A stretch of 64,000 bases of DNA from Eledone cirrhosa. Its lineage: Eukaryota. Under the pieces are notes generated by a model. The model had not been told where the DNA came from, ran no database searches, and was given only the letters and a program-made list of their open reading frames with translations. Positions 30,171 to 46,100 of the stretch are shown here, one piece after another. Both the position numbers and the translations under genes were made by a program. Location: NCBI GenBank assembly GCA_964016885.1, contig OZ024743.1:35650001-35714000 (forward strand), read 5' to 3'. Positions within the stretch are counted from its first letter, which is position 1. Each line of letters starts with the position of its first letter.

Positions 30171-32760
30171 TATCATTACTATACTGTGAAGACCTGTAAG
30201 ATATAGAAACACTACACAGTGTCATTACTATACTGTGAAGACCTGTAAGATATAGAAACACTACACTGTATCATTACTATACTGTGAAGACCTGTAAGAT
30301 ATAGAAACACTACACAGTGTCATTACTATACTGTGAAGACCTGTAAGATATAGAAACACTACACTGTGTCATTACGATACACTGAAGACCTGTAAGATAT
30401 AGAAACACTACACTGTGTCATTACTATAGTGTGAAGACCTGTAAGATATAGAAACACTACACTGTGTCATTACTATACTCTGAAGACATGTAAGATATAG
30501 AAACACTACACTGTGTCATTACTATACTGTGATGACCTGTAAGATATAGAAACACTACAATGTATCATTACTATACTCTGAAGACCTATAATATATAGAA
30601 ACACTACACTGCGTCATTACTATACTGTGAAGACCTGTAAGATATAGAAACACTACACTGTATCATTACTATATTCTGAAGACCTGTAAGATATAGAAAC
30701 ACTACACTGTATCATTACTATATTCTGAAGACCTGTAAGATATAGAAACACTACACTGTATCATTACTATATTCTGAAGACCTGTAAGATATAGAAACAC
30801 TGCACTGCGTCATTACTATACTGTGAAGACCTGTAATATATAGAAACACCACACTGTGTCATTACTATACTGTGAAGACCTGTAATATATAGAAACACTA
30901 CACAGTGTCATTACTATACTCCGAAGACCTGTAAGATATAGAAACACTACACTGTGTCATTACTATACCGTGAAGACCTGTAATATATAGAAACACTACA
31001 CAGTGTCATTACTATACTCCGAAGACCTGTAAGATATAGAAACACTACACTGTGTCATTACTATACTGTGAAGACCTGTAATATATAGAAACACTACACA
31101 GTGTCATTAATATACTGTGAAGACCTGTAATATATAGAAACACTACACTGTGTCATTACTATACCGTGAAGACCTGTAATATATAGAAACACTACACAGT
31201 GTCATTACTATACTCCGAAGACCTGTAAGATATAGAAACACTACACTGTGTCATTACTATATTGTGAAGACCTGTAATATATAGAAACACTACACTGTGT
31301 CATTACTATACTCCGAAGACCTGTAAGATATAGAAACACTACACTGTGTCATTACTATACCGTGAAGACCTGTAATATATAGAAACACTACACTGTGTCA
31401 TTACTATACTGTGAAGACCTGTAAGATATAGAAACACTACACTGTGTCATTACTATACTCTGAAGACCTGTCAGATATAGAAACACTACACTGTGTCATT
31501 ACTATACTCTGAAGACCTGTCAGATATAGAAACACTACACTGTGTCATTACTATACTGTGAAGACCTGTAAGATATAGAAACACTACACTGTGTCATTAC
31601 TATACTCTGAAGACCTGTCAGATATAGAAACACTACACTGTGTCATTACTATACTCTGAAGACCTGTAAGATATAGAAACACTACACTGTATCATTACTA
31701 TACTGTGAAGACCTATAATATATAGAAACACTACACTGTATCATTACTATACTGTGAAGACATGTAATATATAGAAACACTACACTGTATCATTACTATA
31801 TTGTGAAGACCTGTAAGATATAGAAACATTACACTGTGTCATTACTATAATGTGAAGACCTGTAAGTTATAGAAACACCACACTGTGTCATTACTATACA
31901 CTGAAGACCTGTAATATATGGAAACACTACACTGTATCATTACTATACTCTGAAGGCCTGTAATATATAGAAACACTACACTGTGTCATTACTATACTCT
32001 GAAGACCTATAATATATAGAAACAGCACACTGTATCATTACTATACTGTGAAGACCTATAATATATAGAAACACTACACTGTGTCATTACTATACTCTGA
32101 AGACCTATAATATATAGAAACAGCACACTGTATCATTACTATACTGTGAAGACCTATAATATATAGAAACACTACACTATGTCATTACTATACTGTGAAG
32201 ACCTGTAATTTATAGAAACACTACACTGGTTCATTACTATACTGTGAAGACATGTAATATATAGAAACACTACACTGGATCATTACTATACTGTGAAGAC
32301 CTGTAAGATATAGAAACACTACACTGTATCATTACTATACTCTGAAGACCTGTAATATATAGAAACACTACACAGTGTCATTACTATAATGTGAAGACCT
32401 GTAAGATATAGAAACACTACACTGTATCATTACTATACTCTGAAGACCTGTAAGATATAGAAACACTACACAGTGTCATTACTATACTCCGAAGGCCTGT
32501 AAGATATAGAAACACTACACTGTGTCATTACTATACTGTGAAGACCTGTAAGATATAGAAACACTACACTGTATCATTACTATACTGTGAAGACCTGTAA
32601 GATATAGAAACACTACACAGTGTCATTACTATACTGTGAAGACCTGTAAGATATAGAAACACTACACTGTATCATTACTATACTGTGAAGACCTGTAAGA
32701 TATAGAAACACTACACAGTGTCATTACTATACTGTGAAGACCTGTAAGATATAGAAACAC
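28060..32760. repeat. Further repeat of the TCCG/TCAG/CAGCAC block, period 2303-2401 bp (47-49 monomers)
   Basis: ACGATACACTG lies at 28071/30374 (47x49) and TCCGAAGGCC at 30087/32488 (49x49). Confidence 0.85.
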
Positions 32761-34179
32761 TACACTGTGTCATTACTATACTCTGAAGACATGTAAGATA
32801 TAAAAACACTACACTGTGTCATTACTATATTGTGAAGACCTGTAAGATATAGAAACACTACACTGTGTCATTACTATATTGTGAAGACCTGTAAGATATA
32901 GAAACACTACACTGTGTCATTACTATACTGTGAAGACCTGTAAGATATAGAAACACTACACTGTATCATTACTATACTCTGAAGACCTGTAAGATATAGA
33001 AACACTACACAGTGTCATTACTATACTGTGAAGACCTGTAAGATATAGAAACACTACACTGTGTCATTACTATACTGTGAAGGCCTGTAAGATATAGAAA
33101 CACTACACTGTATCATTACTATACTGTGAAGACCTGTAAGATATAGAAACACTACACAGTGTCATTACTATACTCCGAAGACCTGTAAGATATAGAAACA
33201 CTACACTGTGTCATTACTATACTGTGAAGACCTGTAAGATATAGAAACACTACACTGTATCATTACTATACTGTGAAGACCTGTAAGATATAGAAACACT
33301 ACACAGTGTCTTTACTATACTGTGAAGACCTGTAAGATATAGAAACACTACACTGTATCATTACTATACTGTGAAGACCTGTAAGATATAGAAACACTAC
33401 ACAGTGTCATTACTATACTGTGAAGACCTGTAAGATATAGAAACACTACACAGTGTCATTACTATACTGTGAAGACCTGTAAGATATAGAAACACTACAC
33501 TGTATCATTACTATACTCTGAAGACCTGTAAGATATAGAAACACTACACAGTGTCATTACTATACTGTGAAGACCTGTAAGATATAGAAACACTACACTG
33601 TCTCATTACTATACTGTGAAGACCTGTAAGATATAGAAACACTACACTGTATCATTACTATACCGTGAAGACCTGTAAGATAGAGAAACACTACACTGTG
33701 TCATTACTATACTCTGAAGACATGTAAGATATAAAAACACTACACTGTGTCATTACTATACTGTGAAGACCTGTAAGATATAGAAACACTACACTGTGTC
33801 ATTACTATATTGTGAAGACCTGTAAGATATAGAAACACTACACTGTGTCATTACTATACTGTGAAGACCTGTAAGATATAGAAACACTACACTGTATCAT
33901 TACTATACTCTGAAGACCTGTAAGATATAGAAACACTACACAGTGTCATTACTATACTGTGAAGACCTGTAAGATATAGAAACACTACACTGTGTCATTA
34001 CTATACTGTGAAGACCTGTAAGATATAGAAACACTACACTGTATCATTACTATACTGTGAAGACCTGTAAGATATAGAAACACTACACAGTGTCATTACT
34101 ATACTCCGAAGACCTGTAAGATATAGAAACACTACACTGTGTCATTACTATACTGGGAAGACCTGTAAGATATAGAAAC

Positions 34180-37100
34180 ACTACACTGTATCATTACTAT
34201 ACTGTGAAGACCTGTAAGATATAGAAACACTACACAGTGTCTTTACTATACTGTGAAGACCTGTAAGATATAGAAACACTACACTGTATCATTACTATAC
34301 TGTGAAGACCTGTAAGATATAGAAACACTACACAGTGTCATTACTATACTCCGAAGACCTGTAAGATATAGAAACACTACACTGTGTCATTACTATACTG
34401 TGAAGACCTGTAAGAAATAGAGACACTACACTGTATCATTACTATACTGTGAAGACCTGTAAGATATAGAAACACTACACAGTGTCATTACTATACTGTG
34501 AAGACCTGTAAGATATAGAAACACTACACTGTATCATTACTATACTGTGAAGACCTGTAAGATATAGAAACACTACACAGTGTCATTACTATACTGTGAA
34601 GACCTGTAAGATATAGAAACACTACACTGTGTCATTACTATACTCTGAAGACATGTAAGATATAGAAACACTACACTGTGTCATTACTATACTGTGAAGA
34701 CCTGTAAGAAATAGAAACACCATACTGTGTCATTACTATACTCTGAAGACCTGTAAGACATAGAAACACTACACTGTGTCATTACTATACTCTGAAGACA
34801 TGTAAGATATAAAAACACTACACTGTGTCATTACTATACTCTGAAGACCTATAATATATAGAAACACTACACTGTGTCATTACTATACTCTGAAGACCTG
34901 TAATATATGGAAACACTACACTGTATCATTACTATACTTTGAAGACCTATAATATATAGAAACACTACACTGTGTCATTACTATACTCTGAAGAACTGTA
35001 AGATATAGAAACACCACACTGTGTCATTACTATACTGTGAAGACCTGTAATATATAGAAACACCACACTGTGTCATTACTATACTGTGAAGACCTGTAAG
35101 ATATAGAAACACCACACTGTGTCATTACTATACTGTGAAGACCTGTAAGATATAGAAACGCTACACTGTATCATTACTATACTGTGAAGACCTGTAAGAT
35201 ATAGAAACGCTACACTGTATCATTACTATACTGTGAAGACCGGTAAGATATAGAAACGCTACACTGTATCATTACTATACTCTGAAGACCTATAATATAT
35301 AGAAACACTACACTGTGTCATTACTATACTGTGAAGACCTGTAATATATAGAAACACTACACTGTGTCATTACTATACTGTGAAGACCTGTAAGATATAG
35401 AAACACTACACTGTATCATTACTATACTGTGAAGACCTGTAAGATATAGAAACGCTACACTGTATCATTACTATACTGTGAAGACCTGTAAGATATAGAA
35501 ACGCTACACTGTATCATTACTATACTCTGAAGACCTATAATATATAGAAACACTACACTGTGTCATTACTATACTCTGAAGACCTATAATATATAGAAAC
35601 ACTACATTGTGTCCTTACTATACTCTGAAGAACTATAATATATAGAAACACCACACTGTATCATTACTATACTCTGAAGACCTATAATATATAGAAACAC
35701 TACACTGTGTCATTACTATACTCTGAAGACCTATAATATATAGAAACAATACACCGTGTCATTACTATACTGTGAAGACCTGTAAGATATAGAAACACTA
35801 CACTGTGTCATTACTATACTGTGAAGACCTGTAAGATATAGAAACACTACAATGTGTCATTACTATACTCTGAAGACATGTAATATATAGAAACACTACA
35901 CTGTGTCATTACTATACTCTGAAGACCTGTAAGATATAGAAACACTACACTGTGTCATTACTATACTATGAAGACCTGTAAGATATAGAAACACTACAAT
36001 GTATCATTACTATACTGTGAAGACCTGTAAGATATAGAAACACTACACTGTGTCATTACTATACTGTGAAGACCTGTAAGATATAGAAACACTACACTGT
36101 GTCATTACTATACTCTGAAGACCTGTAAGATATAGAAACACTACACTGTGTCATTACTATACTCTGAAGACCTGTAAGATATAGAAACACTACACTGTGT
36201 CATTACTATACTCTGAAGACCTGTAAGATATAGAAACACTACACTGTGTCATTACTATAGTCTGAAGGCCTGTAATATATAGAAACACTACACTGTGTCA
36301 TTACTATACTCTGAAGACCTGTAAGATATAGAAACACTACACTGTGTCATTACTATACTCTGAAGACCTGTAAGATATAGAAACACTACACTGTGTCATT
36401 ACTATAGTCTGAAGGCCTGTAATATATAGAAACACTGCAGTGTGTCATTACTATACTCTGAAGACCTATAATATATAGAAACACTACACTGTGTCATTAC
36501 TATACGCTGAAGACATGTAAGATATAGAAACACTACACTGTGTCATTACTATACTGTGAAGACCTGTAAGATATAGAAACACTACACTGTGTCATTACTA
36601 TACTCTGAAGACCTGTAAGATATAGAAACACTACACTGTGTCATTACTATACTCTGAAGACCTGTAAGATATAGAAACACTACACTGTGTCATTACTATA
36701 CTCTGAAGACCTGTAAGATATAGAAACACTACACTGTGTCATTACTATAGTCTGAAGGCCTGTAATATATAGAAACACTACACTGTGTCATTACTATACT
36801 CTGAAGACCTGTAAGATATAGAAACACTACACTGTGTCATTACTATACTCTGAAGACCTGTAAGATATAGAAACACTACACTGTGTCATTACTATAGTCT
36901 GAAGGCCTGTAATATATAGAAACACTACACTGTGTCATTACTATACTCTGAAGACCTGTAAAATATAGAAACACTACACTGTGTCATTACTATAGTCTGA
37001 AGGCCTGTAATATATAGAAACACTACACTGTGTCATTACTATACTCTGAAGACCTGTAAGATATAGAAACACTACACTGTGTCATTACTATACTCTGAAG

Positions 37101-40100
37101 ACCTGTAAGATATAGAAACACTACACTGTGTCATTACTATACTCTGAAGACCTGTAAGATATAGAAACACTACACTGTGTCATTACTATACTCTGAAGAC
37201 CTGTAAGATATAGAAACACTACACTGTATCATTACTATACTGTGAAGACCTGTAAGATATAGAAACACTACACTGTGTCATTATTATAATGTGAAGACCT
37301 GTAAGATATAGAAACACCACACTGTGTCATTACTATACACTGAAGACCTGTAATATATGGAAACACTACACTGTATCATTACCATACTCTGAAGACCTAT
37401 AATATATAGAAACACTACACTGTGTCATTACTATACTCTGAAGACTTGTAAGATATAGAAACACTACACTGTGTCATTACTATACTGTGAAGACCTGTAA
37501 GATATAGAAACACTACACTGTGTCATTACTATACTCTGAAGACCTGTAATATATAGAAACACTAGACTGTGTCATTACTATACTGTGAAGACCTGTAAGA
37601 TATAGAAACACTACACTATCATTACTATACTGTGAAGATCTGTAAGAAATAGAAACACCATACTGTGTCATTATTATACTCTGAAGACCTGTAAGACATA
37701 GAAACACTACACTGTGTCATTACTATACTCTGAAGACCTGTAATATATGGAAACACTACACTGTATCATTACTATACTCTGAAGACCTATAATATATAGA
37801 AACACTACACTGTGTCATTACTATACTCTGAAGACCTGTAATATATGGAAACAGTACACTGTAACATTACTATACTCTGAAGACCTGTAATATATGGAAA
37901 CACTACACTGTATCATTACTATACTCTGAAGAACTATAAGATATAGAAACACCACACTGTGTCATTAATATACTCTGAAGACATGTAAGATATAGAAACA
38001 CTGCAGTGTGTTATTACTATACTCTGAAGACCTATAATATATAGAAACACTACACTGTGTCATTACTATACGCTGAAGACATGTAAGATATAGAAACACT
38101 ACACTGTGTCATTACTATACTGTGATGACATGTAAGATATAGAAACACTACACTGTGTCATTACTATACTCTGAAGACCTGTAAGATATAGAAACACTAC
38201 ACTGTGTCATTACTATAGTGTGAAGACCTGTAAGATATAGAAACACTACACTGTGTCATTACTATACTCTGAAGACCTGTAAGACATAGAAACACTACAA
38301 TGTGTCATTACTATACTGTGAAGACCTGTAAGATATAGAAACACTACACTGTATGATTACTATACTCTGAAGACCTGTAAGATATAGAAACACTACACTG
38401 TGTCATTACTATACTCTGAAGACCTATAATATATAGAAACACTACACTGTGTCATTACTATACTGTGAAGACCTGTAAGATATAGAATCACTACACTGTG
38501 TCATTACTATACTCTGAAGACCTATAATATATAGAAACACTACACTGTGTCATTACTATACTCTGAAGACCTATAATATATAGAAACACTACACTGTGTC
38601 ATTACTATACTCTGAAGAACTGTAAGATATATAAACACTACACTGTGTCATTACTATACTGTGAAGACCTGTAAGATATAGAAACACTACACTGTGTCAT
38701 TACTATACTGTGAAGACCTGTAAGATATAGAAACACTACAATGTGTCATTACTATACTCTGAAGACCTGTAATATATAGAAACACTACACTATGTCATTA
38801 CTATACTCTGAAGACCTGTAATATATAGAAACACTACTCTGTGTCATTACTATACTGTGAAGACCTGTAAGATATAGAAACACTACACTGTGTCATTACT
38901 ATACTGTGAAGACCTGTAAGATATAGAAACACTAATCTGTGTCATTACTATACTGTAAAGACCTGTAAAATATAGAAACACTACACTGTGTCATTACTAT
39001 ACTCTGAAGACCTGTAAGATATAGAAACACTACACTGTGTCATTACTATACTGTGAAGACCTGTAATATATAGAAACACTACACTGTATCATTACTATAT
39101 TCTGAAGACCTGTAAGATATAGAAACACTACACTGTGTCATTAGTATACTGTGAAGACCTGTAAGATATAGAAACACTACACTGTGTCATTAATATACTC
39201 TGAAGACATGTAAGATATAGAAACACTGCACTGTGTCATTACTATACTGTGAAGACCTGTAAGATATAGAAACACTACACTGTGTCATTACTATACTGTG
39301 AAGACCTGTAAGATATAGAAACACTACACTGTATCATTACTATATTCTGAAGACCTGTAAGATATAGAAACACTACACTGTATCATTACTATATTCTGAA
39401 GACCTGTAAGATATAGAAACACTACACTGTATCATTACTATATTCTGAAGACCTGTAAGATATAGAAACACTGCACTGTGTCATTACTATACTGTGAAGA
39501 CCTGTAATATATAGAAACACCACACTGTGTCATTACTATACTGTGAAGACCTGTAATATATAGAAACACTACACAGTGTCATTACTATACTCCGAAGACC
39601 TGTAAGATATAGAAACACTACACTGTGTCATTACTATACCGTGAAGACCTGTAATATATAGAAACACTACACAGTGACATTACTATACTCCGAAGACCTG
39701 TAAGATATAGAAACACTACACTGTGTCATTACTATACTGTGAAGACCTGTAATATATAGAAACACTACACAGTGTCATTAATATACTGTGAAGACCTGTA
39801 ATATATAGAAACACTACACTGTGTCATTACTATACCGTGAAGACCTGTAATATATAGAAACACTACACAGTGTCATTACTATACTCCGAAGACCTGTAAG
39901 ATATAGAAACACTACACTGTGTCATTACTATACTGTGAAGACCTGTAATATATAGAAACACTACACTGTGTCATTACTATATTCCGAAGACCTGTAAGAT
40001 ATAGAAACACTACACTGTGTCATTACTATACCGTGAAGACCTGTAATATATAGAAACACTACACTGTGTCATTACTATACTGTGAAGACCTGTAAGATAT

Positions 40101-43100
40101 AGAAACACTACACTGTGTCATTACTATACTCTGAAGACCTGTCAGATATAGAAACACTACACTGTATCATTACTATACTGTGAAGACCTATAATATATAG
40201 AAACACTACACTGTATCATTACTATACTGTGAAGACATGTAATATATAGAAACACTACACTGTATCATTACTATATTGTGAAGACCTGTAAGATATAGAA
40301 ACATTACACTGTGTCATTACTATAATGTGAAGACCTGTAAGTTATAGAAACACCACACTGTGTCATTACTATACACTGAAGACCTGTAATATATGGAAAC
40401 ACTACACTGTATCATTACTATACTCTGAAGGCCTGTAATATATAGAAACACTACACTGTGTCATTACTATACTCTGAAGACCTATAATATATAGAAACAC
40501 TACACTGTATCATTACTATACTGTGAAGACCTGTAAGATATAGAAACACTACACAGTGTCTTTACTATACTGTGAAGACCTGTAAGATATAGAAACACTA
40601 CACTGTATCATTACTATACTGTGAAGACCTGTAAGATATAGAAACACTACACAGTGTCATTACTATACTCCGAAGACCTGTAAGATATAGAAACACTACA
40701 CTGTGTCATTACTATACTGTGAAGACCTGTAAGAAATAGAGACACTACACTGTATCATTACTATACTGTGAAGACCTGTAAGATATAGAAACACTACACA
40801 GTGTCATTACTATACTGTGAAGACCTGTAAGATATAGAAACACTACACTGTATCATTACTATACTGTGAAGACCTGTAAGATATAGAAACACTACACAGT
40901 GTCATTACTATACTGTGAAGACCTGTAAGATATAGAAACACTACACTGTGTCATTACTATACTCTGAAGACATGTAAGATATAGAAACACTACACTGTGT
41001 CATTACTATACTGTGAAGACCTGTAAGAAATAGAAACACCATACTGTGTCATTACTATACTCTGAAGACCTGTAAGACATAGAAACACTACACTGTGTCA
41101 TTACTATACTCTGAAGACATGTAAGATATAAAAACACTACACTGTGTCATTACTATACTCTGAAGACCTATAATATATAGAAACACTACACTGTGTCATT
41201 ACTATACTCTGAAGACCTGTAATATATGGAAACACTACACTGTATCATTACTATACTCTGAAGACCTATAATATATAGAAACACTACACTGTGTCATTAC
41301 TATACTCTGAAGAACTGTAAGATATAGAAACACCACACTGTGTCATTACTATACTGTGAAGACCTGTAATATATAGAAACACCACACTGTGTCATTACTA
41401 TACTGTGAAGACCTGTAAGATATAGAAACACCACACTGTGTCATTACTATACTGTGAAGACCTGTAAGATATAGAAACGCTACACTGTATCATTACTATA
41501 CTGTGAAGACCTGTAAGATATAGAAACGCTACACTGTATCATTACTATACTGTGAAGACCGGTAAGATATAGAAACGCTACACTGTATCATTACTATACT
41601 CTGAAGACCTATAATATATAGAAACACTACACTGTGTCATTACTATACTGTGAAGACCTGTAATATATAGAAACACTACACTGTGTCATTACTATACTGT
41701 GAAGACCTGTAAGATATAGAAACACTACACTGTATCATTACTATACTGTGAAGACCTGTAAGATATAGAAACGCTACACTGTATCATTACTATACTGTGA
41801 AGACCTGTAAGATATAGAAACGCTACACTGTATCATTACTATACTCTGAAGACCTATAATATATAGAAACACTACACTGTGTCATTACTATACTCTGAAG
41901 ACCTATAATATATAGAAACACTACATTGTGTCCTTACTATACTCTGAAGAACTATAATATATAGAAACACCACACTGTATCATTACTATACTCTGAAGAC
42001 CTATAATATATAGAAACACTACACTGTGTCATTACTATACTCTGAAGACCTATAATATATAGAAACAATACACCGTGTCATTACTATACTGTGAAGACCT
42101 GTAAGATATAGAAACACTACACTGTGTCATTACTATACTGTGAAGACCTGTAAGATATAGAAACACTACAATGTGTCATTACTATACTCTGAAGACATGT
42201 AATATATAGAAACACTACACTGTGTCATTACTATACTCTGAAGACCTGTAAGATATAGAAACACTACACTGTGTCATTACTATACTATGAAGACCTGTAA
42301 GATATAGAAACACTACAATGTATCATTACTATACTGTGAAGACCTGTAAGATATAGAAACACTACACTGTGTCATTACTATACTGTGAAGACCTGTAAGA
42401 TATAGAAACACTACACTGTGTCATTACTATACTCTGAAGACCTGTAAGATATAGAAACACTACACTGTGTCATTACTATACTCTGAAGACCTGTAAGATA
42501 TAGAAACACTACACTGTGTCATTACTATACTCTGAAGACCTGTAAGATATAGAAACACTACACTGTGTCATTACTATAGTCTGAAGGCCTGTAATATATA
42601 GAAACACTACACTGTGTCATTACTATACTCTGAAGACCTGTAAGATATAGAAACACTACACTGTGTCATTACTATACTCTGAAGACCTGTAAGATATAGA
42701 AACACTACACTGTGTCATTACTATAGTCTGAAGGCCTGTAATATATAGAAACACTGCAGTGTGTCATTACTATACTCTGAAGACCTATAATATATAGAAA
42801 CACTACACTGTGTCATTACTATACGCTGAAGACATGTAAGATATAGAAACACTACACTGTGTCATTACTATACTGTGAAGACCTGTAAGATATAGAAACA
42901 CTACACTGTGTCATTACTATACTCTGAAGACCTGTAAGATATAGAAACACTACACTGTGTCATTACTATACTCTGAAGACCTGTAAGATATAGAAACACT
43001 ACACTGTGTCATTACTATACTCTGAAGACCTGTAAGATATAGAAACACTACACTGTGTCATTACTATAGTCTGAAGGCCTGTAATATATAGAAACACTAC

Positions 43101-46100
43101 ACTGTGTCATTACTATACTCTGAAGACCTGTAAGATATAGAAACACTACACTGTGTCATTACTATACTCTGAAGACCTGTAAGATATAGAAACACTACAC
43201 TGTGTCATTACTATAGTCTGAAGGCCTGTAATATATAGAAACACTACACTGTGTCATTACTATACTCTGAAGACCTGTAAAATATAGAAACACTACACTG
43301 TGTCATTACTATAGTCTGAAGGCCTGTAATATATAGAAACACTACACTGTGTCATTACTATACTCTGAAGACCTGTAAGATATAGAAACACTACACTGTG
43401 TCATTACTATACTCTGAAGACCTGTAAGATATAGAAACACTACACTGTGTCATTACTATACTCTGAAGACCTGTAAGATATAGAAACACTACACTGTGTC
43501 ATTACTATACTCTGAAGACCTGTAAGATATAGAAACACTACACTGTATCATTACTATACTGTGAAGACCTGTAAGATATAGAAACACTACACTGTGTCAT
43601 TATTATAATGTGAAGACCTGTAAGATATAGAAACACCACACTGTGTCATTACTATACACTGAAGACCTGTAATATATGGAAACACTACACTGTATCATTA
43701 CCATACTCTGAAGACCTATAATATATAGAAACACTACACTGTGTCATTACTATACTCTGAAGACTTGTAAGATATAGAAACACTACACTGTGTCATTACT
43801 ATACTGTGAAGACCTGTAAGATATAGAAACACTACACTGTGTCATTACTATACTCTGAAGACCTGTAATATATAGAAACACTAGACTGTGTCATTACTAT
43901 ACTGTGAAGACCTGTAAGATATAGAAACTCTACACTATCATTACTATACTGTGAAGATCTGTAAGAAATAGAAACACCATACTGTGTCATTATTATACTC
44001 TGAAGACCTGTAAGACATAGAAACACTACACTGTGTCATTACTATACTCTGAAGACCTGTAATATATGGAAACACTACACTGTATCATTACTATACTCTG
44101 AAGACCTATAATATATAGAAACACTACACTGTGTCATTACTATACTCTGAAGACCTGTAATATATGGAAACAGTACACTGTAACATTACTATACTCTGAA
44201 GACCTGTAATATATGGAAACACTACACTGTATCATTACTATACTCTGAAGAACTATAAGATATAGAAACACCACACTGTGTCATTAATATACTCTGAAGA
44301 CATGTAAGATATAGAAACACTGCAGTGTGTTATTACTATACTCTGAAGACCTATAATATATAGAAACACTACACTGTGTCATTACTATACGCTGAAGACA
44401 TGTAAGATATAGAAACACTACACTGTGTCATTACTATACTGTGATGACATGTAAGATATAGAAACACTACACTGTGTCATTACTATACTCTGAAGACCTG
44501 TAAGATATAGAAACACTACACTGTGTCATTACTATAGTGTGAAGACCTGTAAGATATAGAAACACTACACTGTGTCATTACTATACTCTGAAGACCTGTA
44601 AGACATAGAAACACTACAATGTGTCATTACTATACTGTGAAGACCTGTAAGATATAGAAACACTACACTGTATGATTACTATACTCTGAAGACCTGTAAG
44701 ATATAGAAACACTACACTGTGTCATTACTATACTCTGAAGACCTATAATATATAGAAACACTACACTGTGTCATTACTATACTGTGAAGACCTGTAAGAT
44801 ATAGAATCACTACACTGTGTCATTACTATACTCTGAAGACCTATAATATATAGAAACACTACACTGTGTCATTACTATACTCTGAAGACCTATAATATAT
44901 AGAAACACTACACTGTGTCATTACTATACTCTGAAGAACTGTAAGATATATAAACACTACACTGTGTCATTACTATACTGTGAAGACCTGTAAGATATAG
45001 AAACACTACACTGTGTCATTACTATACTGTGAAGACCTGTAAGATATAGAAACACTACAATGTGTCATTACTATACTCTGAAGACCTGTAATATATAGAA
45101 ACACTACACTATGTCATTACTATACTCTGAAGACCTGTAATATATAGAAACACTACTCTGTGTCATTACTATACTGTGAAGACCTGTAAGATATAGAAAC
45201 ACTACACTGTGTCATTACTATACTGTGAAGACCTGTAAGATATAGAAACACTAATCTGTGTCATTACTATACTGTAAAGACCTGTAAAATATAGAAACAC
45301 TACACTGTGTCATTACTATACTCTGAAGACCTGTAAGATATAGAAACACTACACTGTGTCATTACTATACTGTGAAGACCTGTAATATATAGAAACACTA
45401 CACTGTATCATTACTATATTCTGAAGACCTGTAAGATATAGAAACACTACACTGTGTCATTAGTATACTGTGAAGACCTGTAAGATATAGAAACACTACA
45501 CTGTGTCATTAATATACTCTGAAGACATGTAAGATATAGAAACACTGCACTGTGTCATTACTATACTGTGAAGACCTGTAAGATATAGAAACACTACACT
45601 GTGTCATTACTATACTGTGAAGACCTGTAAGATATAGAAACACTACACTGTATCATTACTATATTCTGAAGACCTGTAAGATATAGAAACACTACACTGT
45701 ATCATTACTATATTCTGAAGACCTGTAAGATATAGAAACACTACACTGTATCATTACTATATTCTGAAGACCTGTAAGATATAGAAACACTGCACTGTGT
45801 CATTACTATACTGTGAAGACCTGTAATATATAGAAACACCACACTGTGTCATTACTATACTGTGAAGACCTGTAATATATAGAAACACTACACAGTGTCA
45901 TTACTATACTCCGAAGACCTGTAAGATATAGAAACACTACACTGTGTCATTACTATACCGTGAAGACCTGTAATATATAGAAACACTACACAGTGTCATT
46001 ACTATACTCCGAAGACCTGTAAGATATAGAAACACTACACTGTGTCATTACTATACTGTGAAGACCTGTAATATATAGAAACACTACACAGTGTCATTAA

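Noticed and set aside
37513-44026. Two 64-aa minus-strand ORFs
   Set aside because: They are the same kind of artefact, caused by the 47-bp deletion monomer and duplicated with the 6319-bp block.
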